Origin: an uncultured Gammaproteobacteria bacterium
GTDB taxonomy: Bacteria > Patescibacteriota > Patescibacteriia > Magasanikbacterales > JBBTQS01
DNA length: 64,000 nt
Assembly: GCA_965230935.1 (NCBI GenBank)
Contig: OZ246400.1
Coordinates: forward strand, 848,864 to 912,863
Reading direction: 5' to 3'
In this document: positions 58,057 to 64,000 of the stretch, in pieces
Numbering within the stretch: position 1 is the first letter of the stretch
Layout of the letters: the number at the start of each line of letters is the position of its first letter
The notes under the pieces: model-generated
Database searches by the model: none
Told to the model about the DNA's origin: nothing
The model's input: only the letters and a program-made list of their open reading frames with translations
Made by a program: the position numbers and the translations under genes

Positions 58057-59376
58057 ATGTGGCAATTTCTATGGCGATCTCCCTCAAAACGATTTATCAT
58101 CATTGGCGTAGTGCTATTGGTGGTGATTGGTGTGGGTAGTATTGTTGGTGAGTATCAATTGGCCAGACAGGTTCATCATGATGAGTGGGTGGAGTTTGTT
58201 GGCATTATTGATCGTGAAGTAGTGAGCCGGTCATATTATCAAGAGGTGGTAGTGATGGAGCCGCGGTGGGGGATGATTCAGCTTCGGGTGCCAAGATTTC
58301 CTCAGTATCGCTACGGCGATGAAGTGTTGGTGAGTTGTGATATCAAACATCCGGATGCTGATCATGTACAAGGTGATTTTAACTACGGGCGGTATTTGCG
58401 CATACAGGGAATTGATTGGGTTTGTGAAGATGTGCATATCCAGCGGTTGAGGTATCGTCGAAGATACACCTGGCGAGCCGGTATTATTTGGCTTCGTCAA
58501 CAAGTGGGAGAAGTGGTTTCTGCAATTTGGCCGGAGCCACATGCCTCACTCATTGCCGGGATTTTGTATGGAGCACGAGTTGGTTTGCCAGACGACATCA
58601 AGGAACAATTTTCGCATGTTGGTCTTACGCATATCATGGCGGTGTCAGGATACAATGTCACCATTGTGGCAAGTGTGGTCATGGCGCTGTTGCGCGGAGT
58701 TGGGATTGGACGTAAGCAGGCATTTGGATTTGTGGGAGTTGGTGTTGGAGTGTTTGTGCTTTTTGTTGGTGCAAGTGCATCAGCAGTACGCGCTGGAATC
58801 ATGGGGGTGGTCGCACTTCTTGGGAAAACCCTTGGTCGGGGGAGTGCTGCAGCGCCGGTGTTAGTAATAAGTGCGCTGTTGATGAGTCTGCATACCCCAT
58901 TGGTGTTGATGTATGATGTTGGGTTTCATTTGTCAATGGTGGCAACTATTGGATTGATTTATGGATCACCAATTATCGAAGGATATCTTGGATGGATGAC
59001 TTCTCGTTTTGGATTGCGCGAGATCGTCTCTACCAGTGTGAGCGCAATTATATTTACTGCGCCAATTATCGCGTTTGTATTTGGTTCGCTTTCATTGGTC
59101 TCGTTGTTGGCGAATATTATCGTGTTGCCGGTGATCCCCATTTTGATGATGAGCGCAGCAGTGAGTGCTGGCATTGGATTGATTTGGCAATTGGGTGGTG
59201 TGATAAGTGGGATGATTGCCTGGGCAATCAGTGGATATGTATTGATGGTGGTACGTTGGTTTTCTCAATTGTCTTGGGTGCAAATTCATGTGCAGATATC
59301 ACTCGTAGGGGTGTGTATTGCATATAGCATATTACTGGTATGGGTATATTGGCATCGAAAAAAGTCACTAATCTAA
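58057..59376 (+). CDS. comEC: ComEC/Rec2 N-terminal module (DUF4131 plus competence membrane domain)
   Basis: Multi-TM protein with ILYGARVGLPDDIKEQFSHVGLTHIMAVSGYNV. Confidence 0.8.
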   Translation: MWQFLWRSPSKRFIIIGVVLLVVIGVGSIVGEYQLARQVHHDEWVEFVGIIDREVVSRSYYQEVVVMEPRWGMIQLRVPRFPQYRYGDEVLVSCDIKHPDADHVQGDFNYGRYLRIQGIDWVCEDVHIQRLRYRRRYTWRAGIIWLRQQVGEVVSAIWPEPHASLIAGILYGARVGLPDDIKEQFSHVGLTHIMAVSGYNVTIVASVVMALLRGVGIGRKQAFGFVGVGVGVFVLFVGASASAVRAGIMGVVALLGKTLGRGSAAAPVLVISALLMSLHTPLVLMYDVGFHLSMVATIGLIYGSPIIEGYLGWMTSRFGLREIVSTSVSAIIFTAPIIAFVFGSLSLVSLLANIIVLPVIPILMMSAAVSAGIGLIWQLGGVISGMIAWAISGYVLMVVRWFSQLSWVQIHVQISLVGVCIAYSILLVWVYWHRKKSLI

Positions 59377-60200
59377 TTGTTGCAGTGCTGTTGGTGGTCG
59401 TTGTGGGTGGAGCGTGGTATTGGCAACGGTTTTTGCGTTATGCCACGATTCATTTTTTAGATGTTGGCCAAGGTGATGCGACATTAATTCATGTGCCACC
59501 AAACACACAAATGTTGATTGATTGTGGTCGTGATGCGCAAGGACTTGCTGCGCTCGCACGCACGCAACCATATTTTGATCGTACGATCGAGTATCTTGTG
59601 CTTACCCATGCTGACGCTGATCATTATGCCGGGTGTATTGATATTCTTACGCGCTATACTGTTGAACAATTTGTATTTACCGGTTTGGGCAAACGGGATC
59701 ATGCATTATGGAATGCATTTATGAGTCATGTTCAACAAGGAGGGAGTGAGATTGTTCAGCTTGTAGATACGCATACGTGGTATTTGGATCATGTAACAAT
59801 TACCAGTCTTTTCCCAGATCAAAACATTGTTACCCATCCGCTTCGTTTTGGTTCACAGGTAAGTCAGGGAAACAACGCATCAGTGGTGTTGCGTATTGAT
59901 GCGTCACACACATCGTATTTACTCATGGGTGATGCCGAAAAACAACAGGAACAATATCTCGTGCAACAATATGGTAGCGCACTTCAGTCTGATGTGCTCA
60001 AAGTTGGCCATCATGGAAGTGCCACGTCTTCAACTGAAGAATTTTTACAACACGTCGGTGCTGGCACTGGTGTTATTTCTTCAGGAAAAGAGAATCGGTA
60101 TGGGCATCCTGCTGCGCGAGTTGTTGCAAGACTCAAACGCCATGACATACAGGTTCGTCGTACTGACCTAGAGGGAGATGTTCAATTTATGCTATACTAG
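59340..60200 (+). CDS. comEC: ComEC C-terminal metallo-beta-lactamase domain as a separate ORF (overlaps the previous ORF by 37 nt in another frame)
   Basis: HxHxDH (LTHADADH) and GHHGS motifs with an N-terminal TM segment. Confidence 0.75.
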   Translation: MGILASKKVTNLIVAVLLVVVVGGAWYWQRFLRYATIHFLDVGQGDATLIHVPPNTQMLIDCGRDAQGLAALARTQPYFDRTIEYLVLTHADADHYAGCIDILTRYTVEQFVFTGLGKRDHALWNAFMSHVQQGGSEIVQLVDTHTWYLDHVTITSLFPDQNIVTHPLRFGSQVSQGNNASVVLRIDASHTSYLLMGDAEKQQEQYLVQQYGSALQSDVLKVGHHGSATSSTEEFLQHVGAGTGVISSGKENRYGHPAARVVARLKRHDIQVRRTDLEGDVQFMLY

Positions 60201-60217
60201 GGCAAAATAGTTGTACT

Positions 60218-61705
60218 ATGAAATATTTTTATACCAGATTTCTTGTAGGGGTTTGTTGTGCGCTCATGATGGTTTTTGCTATCCCATCAGCGCATGCGCA
60301 AGGTGTGGGGTTTGTGCCGAGTAGTGGCGTGTGGTTTTCAGAAGAAGTATTTTTTGAAGGTGACACCGTAAAACTCTACACCGTGGTGGTGAATAATACT
60401 TACAATATCTTGTCTGGTGTTCTTGGGTTTTATGATAATGATTCATTAATTGGAGAAGTGGTGTTTTCAAATATTACCTTTGAATCAGCAAAACAAGTTT
60501 CAATTAATTGGACACCAACCACTGGAGATCATAACTTGAGTGCGCGTTTTATCACGATTACTGGAGAAAAAATTGGCGGAGGAAGTGAAACACTTGATGA
60601 AGCAGAATTTAATGGAGGAAATACCGTGGTGAACACTGCCCAATTTGTTGACTTAGATACTGACGGTGACAATGTTGGAAATGAAGTTGATGATGATGAC
60701 GACAATGATGGACTGAGCGATGACGAAGAGGCACAAGTTGGTTCTGATCCGCTGGTAGGGGATACCGACGGCGATGGGATTAGTGATCAGAAAGAAGTTC
60801 GCAATGGCACCAGTCCAATTAAGAGCGACACTGACGGGGATGGTGTAGATGATAGTAGTGATATATTTCCAACTGATGGGAGTGAGTCAGCTGATGTTGA
60901 TGGCGATGGTATAGGGGACAATGCAGACATTGATGATGACAATGACGGACTATCTGATAGTGACGAACGCAATTTGGGTTCTGATCCACTGGTAAGCGAC
61001 ACTGATGGCGATGGGTTGAGTGATAAGCAAGAAGCCGATGCCGGATCAAGTCCAATTAAGAGCGACACCGACGGCGATGGGCTTTCTGATGCGCAAGAGG
61101 TGGAGTTTGGAACTGACGCTACCAATGCCGACACTGATGGCGATGGGCTTTCTGACGCACAAGAAAAAGAAAAAGAAACTGATGCTACCAACGCGGACAC
61201 TGATGGTGATGGATTGTCTGATGGCGATGAGGTCAGCGTTGGGACAAGCCCGTTGTTTCAAGATTCAGACGGCGATGGAGTCAACGATGATACTGATCCG
61301 TTCCCTATGAATGATCAGGAGTCACAAGACACTGATGGCGATGGTGTAGGGGACAATGCCGATGAAGATGATGATAATGATGGGCTCTCTGATGAGCGCG
61401 AAGTCGAGCTCGGGTTAAATCCACTGTCGGCCGATTCTGATGAGGATGGCTTGGATGATAATCATGAAATTGATGTGCTGGGTACTGATCCAACATTAGC
61501 TGACTCTGATGGTGATGGTGCTGTGGATGGTGATGAAGTGCAAGCTGGTACTGATCCGTCATCAGCAGATTCAACTCCTGAAGTCGTGCGCAAAGAAGAA
61601 GGCGGCATGTCTGTACGTTCTATTTTGTTGAGCTTGGCTGTGCTCTCGACATTAGGTCTGTTGGTGTTTGGTACTCTATATGTTCGCAAAAGACACGAGT
61701 TATAG
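60218..61705 (+). CDS. Secreted, C-terminally membrane-anchored surface protein with about 15 thrombospondin type-3-like calcium-binding repeats
   Basis: Signal peptide, a roughly 120-aa N-terminal domain, DTDGDG[LI]SD repeats and a C-terminal TM plus RKRHEL. Confidence 0.75.
   Translation: MKYFYTRFLVGVCCALMMVFAIPSAHAQGVGFVPSSGVWFSEEVFFEGDTVKLYTVVVNNTYNILSGVLGFYDNDSLIGEVVFSNITFESAKQVSINWTPTTGDHNLSARFITITGEKIGGGSETLDEAEFNGGNTVVNTAQFVDLDTDGDNVGNEVDDDDDNDGLSDDEEAQVGSDPLVGDTDGDGISDQKEVRNGTSPIKSDTDGDGVDDSSDIFPTDGSESADVDGDGIGDNADIDDDNDGLSDSDERNLGSDPLVSDTDGDGLSDKQEADAGSSPIKSDTDGDGLSDAQEVEFGTDATNADTDGDGLSDAQEKEKETDATNADTDGDGLSDGDEVSVGTSPLFQDSDGDGVNDDTDPFPMNDQESQDTDGDGVGDNADEDDDNDGLSDEREVELGLNPLSADSDEDGLDDNHEIDVLGTDPTLADSDGDGAVDGDEVQAGTDPSSADSTPEVVRKEEGGMSVRSILLSLAVLSTLGLLVFGTLYVRKRHEL
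60640..61560 (+). repeat. Tandem TSP3-type (DxDxDGxxDxxE) coding repeats
   Basis: Read directly from the translated sequence. Confidence 0.6.
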
Positions 61706-62459
61706 CGTTGCGATTGGTTTGGCATTGCTATTGACATTTTGGACTCCACTCACTGCGATGGGAGTCCCTTTAGAATATATTGTTGCAAATCAGGATGCTG
61801 ATGGCGATGGAATACCTAATGGTGACGAGCGCCAGCGGTATTATACTGATCCTCATGTGGCAGATACTGATGGTGATGGGTATACTGATGGGTTGGAAAT
61901 TGCAAACGGGTATTCCCCACATGCGGCTGATACCACATTGAGTGGGCATGATTATGATGGTGATGGCATGAATGATTTTTTGGAGCTCGCGTTTAAAACA
62001 GATATGGGAAACCCAGATACTGATGGTGATGGGTATGTCGATGGATTGGAAATTAGAGCAAAGTATGATCCGCGTACTGCTGAACCAGTGAGGCTACGCA
62101 AGCGTATCCATGTTGATATCAGTGAACAGTATTTGAATTTCTTTTTGGGTGATGTGAAAATGGGTGGGTTTTTAGTTTCAACCGGTCGTGCTGGTCTTGA
62201 TACGCCGATTGGGACATTTGCGGTGCGGGATAAAATTCCAGTACATGAATATCGCGGAGCAAACTATTATTATCCTGGCACTAAATGGAATTTACGTTTT
62301 CATGGCGTTCCACCAAAGTCGTTTTTAATCCATGGTGCGTATTGGCATGATAATTGGGGAACCCCGATGAGTGGGGGATGTGTCAATGTGAGCTATGAGC
62401 ACATGGAGGGACTATATCATTGGGCTGATGTTGGCACTGAGGTTGCGATTGTGCCATAG
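61680..62459 (+). CDS. L,D-transpeptidase (YkuD domain) with N-terminal TSP3-like repeats
   Basis: Catalytic HG...SGGC motif (LIHGAYWHDNWGTPMSGGCVNV). The start is set at the ATG at 61680. Confidence 0.8.
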   Translation: MFAKDTSYSVAIGLALLLTFWTPLTAMGVPLEYIVANQDADGDGIPNGDERQRYYTDPHVADTDGDGYTDGLEIANGYSPHAADTTLSGHDYDGDGMNDFLELAFKTDMGNPDTDGDGYVDGLEIRAKYDPRTAEPVRLRKRIHVDISEQYLNFFLGDVKMGGFLVSTGRAGLDTPIGTFAVRDKIPVHEYRGANYYYPGTKWNLRFHGVPPKSFLIHGAYWHDNWGTPMSGGCVNVSYEHMEGLYHWADVGTEVAIVP

Positions 62460-62477
62460 CAGACTGCTGGTGGAACC

Positions 62478-63395
62478 ATGGTTATGGCACGAAAAAATCT
62501 TAGACACTTTGTTCAAAAAATGCTCCGTTGGTTTGCAAAACATCAGCGGAGTTTGCCTTGGCGCAAGACACGTAATTCGTATCGCGTGTGGGTGAGTGAA
62601 GTGATGGCACAACAAACGCAGATTGAACGAGTGCTACCAAAGTATCGGGCGTTTATTCGTCAATTTCCAACGGTGCAGGATTTGGCTCATGCGCGTCAGA
62701 CCGATGTGGTTAAGTCATGGAGTGGATTAGGATATAATCGTCGGGCGGTGTTGATGCACCGTGCAGCGCAAATGGTAGTGCAGAAGTGGGATGGGAAGTT
62801 TCCTCAAACGCTTGATGAGTTAAAGCAACTTCCAGGAGTAGGGGAATACATTGCGCGGGCAATACTATCTTTTGCATATCATCAACCGGTGATGTTGATT
62901 GATACTAACCATCGTCGGGTAATGCAACGGATTTTTTTCGGTCAGCCAAAACATGCGGATCGTGAGTCAATTCAGAAGATGGATACCCGTGTGATGAAAC
63001 AGTTGGACAAGGTTTCTGAAGAGTTATCTTCTAAAGAAGACGGGCATTGGCGATTCAATCAAGCGCTCATGGATTTTGGTGCGATGCAATGTACATCAGC
63101 ATCACCAAAATGTTCGAGCTGTCCCATGCGCACTATCTGTGTTGCTGGTCCTCAATTGTTAGCTGGCACGCGAGAGACACGCAACGTGGTCAAAAGTAGT
63201 CAAGGAACGTTTGTTGGTTCGAACCGGTGGTATCGTGGGAAAGTGGTGCGGTTGTTACAAGGACAACAGCGGATGATGATTTCTCGAATTGCCAAAGAGT
63301 TGGATTTGGATGAGCAAAAGACCCATGGTATTATTGAATCGCTGGTTCGTGATGGATTGCTCACGAAGAGTAAACACTATTGTTCACTGAAATAA
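62478..63395 (+). CDS. mutY: HhH-GPD family DNA glycosylase, MutY-like (A/G-specific adenine glycosylase)
   Basis: HhH-GPD motif (LPGVGEYIARAIL) and a 4Fe-4S cluster loop (CTSASPKCSSCPMRTIC). Confidence 0.75.
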   Translation: MVMARKNLRHFVQKMLRWFAKHQRSLPWRKTRNSYRVWVSEVMAQQTQIERVLPKYRAFIRQFPTVQDLAHARQTDVVKSWSGLGYNRRAVLMHRAAQMVVQKWDGKFPQTLDELKQLPGVGEYIARAILSFAYHQPVMLIDTNHRRVMQRIFFGQPKHADRESIQKMDTRVMKQLDKVSEELSSKEDGHWRFNQALMDFGAMQCTSASPKCSSCPMRTICVAGPQLLAGTRETRNVVKSSQGTFVGSNRWYRGKVVRLLQGQQRMMISRIAKELDLDEQKTHGIIESLVRDGLLTKSKHYCSLK

Positions 63396-63398
63396 GTA

Positions 63399-63479
63399 TG
63401 ATGAGTACATTGTTAAAAGTATTGGTGATCATCACCATTGTGGGTGCAGTTGGGCTTTTGGTAGCATCGGCATTTTAGG
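63399..63479 (+). CDS. Possible 26-aa hydrophobic micropeptide
   Basis: MMSTLLKVLVIITIVGAVGLLVASAF lies between mutY and pyrH. There is no other support. Confidence 0.2.
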
Positions 63480-63480
63480 T

Positions 63481-64000
63481 ATGAAAAAAACCATTGTCAT
63501 GTCAGTGGGCGGCTCGATGGTCGCGCCATATGAAGGTGATGGTAGCCGTTTTATTAAACGGCTCCGGTCGCTTTTTTTGAAGTATAGTAAAAAGGGATTT
63601 CGATTTATTATTATTGTTGGTGGAGGATCTACCTGTCGCATATATCAAAATTGGTTACGTAAGTGTGGAGTAACTGATGATTTTTCTGTTGATAGTATTG
63701 GGATTAAGTCCACACATCTTAATGCTCATTTTGTGGCGCGTGCATTAGGCAAGCTTGCACATGATGAGATTATTACGACACCTAAAAAGATCACGCGATT
63801 TTTGCGACCAGTAGTGATTGCTGGTGGGAGTAAGCCTGGTTCGTCCACTGATCTTGGAGCGGTAAAGTTAGCGCAAAAAAATAACGCACACATGGTGGTG
63901 AACTTGAGCAATATAGATTATGTGTACACCGCCGATCCACGAAAGAACAAAAACGCCAAACGGTTGGTAGCACTTAATTGGAAACAGATGCAAAAGATTG
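63481..64000 (+). CDS. pyrH: Uridylate (UMP) kinase, 3' end outside the window
   Basis: Amino-acid kinase family motifs VMSVGGS and IIVGGGS. Frame 1 is open to the end of the window. It is absent from the ORF track because no stop falls in the window. Confidence 0.8.
   Translation, partial: MKKTIVMSVGGSMVAPYEGDGSRFIKRLRSLFLKYSKKGFRFIIIVGGGSTCRIYQNWLRKCGVTDDFSVDSIGIKSTHLNAHFVARALGKLAHDEIITTPKKITRFLRPVVIAGGSKPGSSTDLGAVKLAQKNNAHMVVNLSNIDYVYTADPRKNKNAKRLVALNWKQMQKI

Noticed and set aside
63432-63973. Short minus-strand ORFs (63432-63641, 63726-63911, 63791-63973) near the window end.
   Set aside because: They are antisense to the clearly coding pyrH frame, which has no stops through the end of the window.

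Overview
The window is about 42-45% GC by eye, uses the standard genetic code (TGA is read as a stop), and most of it looks like a streamlined Patescibacteria/CPR-like genome. It opens with the str-S10-spc ribosomal superoperon (rpsL, rpsG, fusA, tuf, rpsJ through rplO, secY, adk). There is no L30 between S5 and L15, and several r-proteins carry low-complexity extensions, which is a CPR signature. After that come map, ruvX, a recO-like gene, asnS/aspS, scpAB, a cell-wall/sugar cluster (DacA-like, two membrane-anchored glycoside hydrolases, a DMT transporter), tRNA-Met and tRNA-Leu, parAB, a short Rel, topA, folC, dprA, pth, der, an LCP protein, two HU paralogs, rny, truB, infB, trxA, leuS, a split comEC, a TSP3-repeat surface protein, an L,D-transpeptidase, a mutY-like gene and the start of pyrH. 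The most anomalous signal is three islands of roughly 60-66% GC with GC3-rich codon usage, at about 35.3-36.4 kb, 45.2-48.1 kb and 51.5-52.5 kb. Each carries its own Shine-Dalgarno sequence and a GC-stemmed intrinsic terminator, sits immediately downstream of a near-consensus TTGACA-N17-TGnTATAnT promoter, and directly abuts a host terminator or promoter. They encode a secreted lipoprotein, a 562-aa protein with a Cys cluster and three S1-like domains followed by a DUF1439-like protein, and an Arg-rich protein. I read them as three independent acquisitions from a high-GC donor, or less excitingly as assembly chimerism. Other notable items: a roughly 175-aa Lnu/ANT(2'')-like nucleotidyltransferase-fold domain inserted into LeuS; a promoter-to-terminator sRNA locus next to island 1; a 91-nt nested hairpin leader upstream of island 2; a TPGY[DE] pentapeptide-repeat protein with a 666-aa polytopic membrane protein wedged between adk and map; an orphan Phd/YefM-like ORF between fusA and tuf; and a split ComEC.
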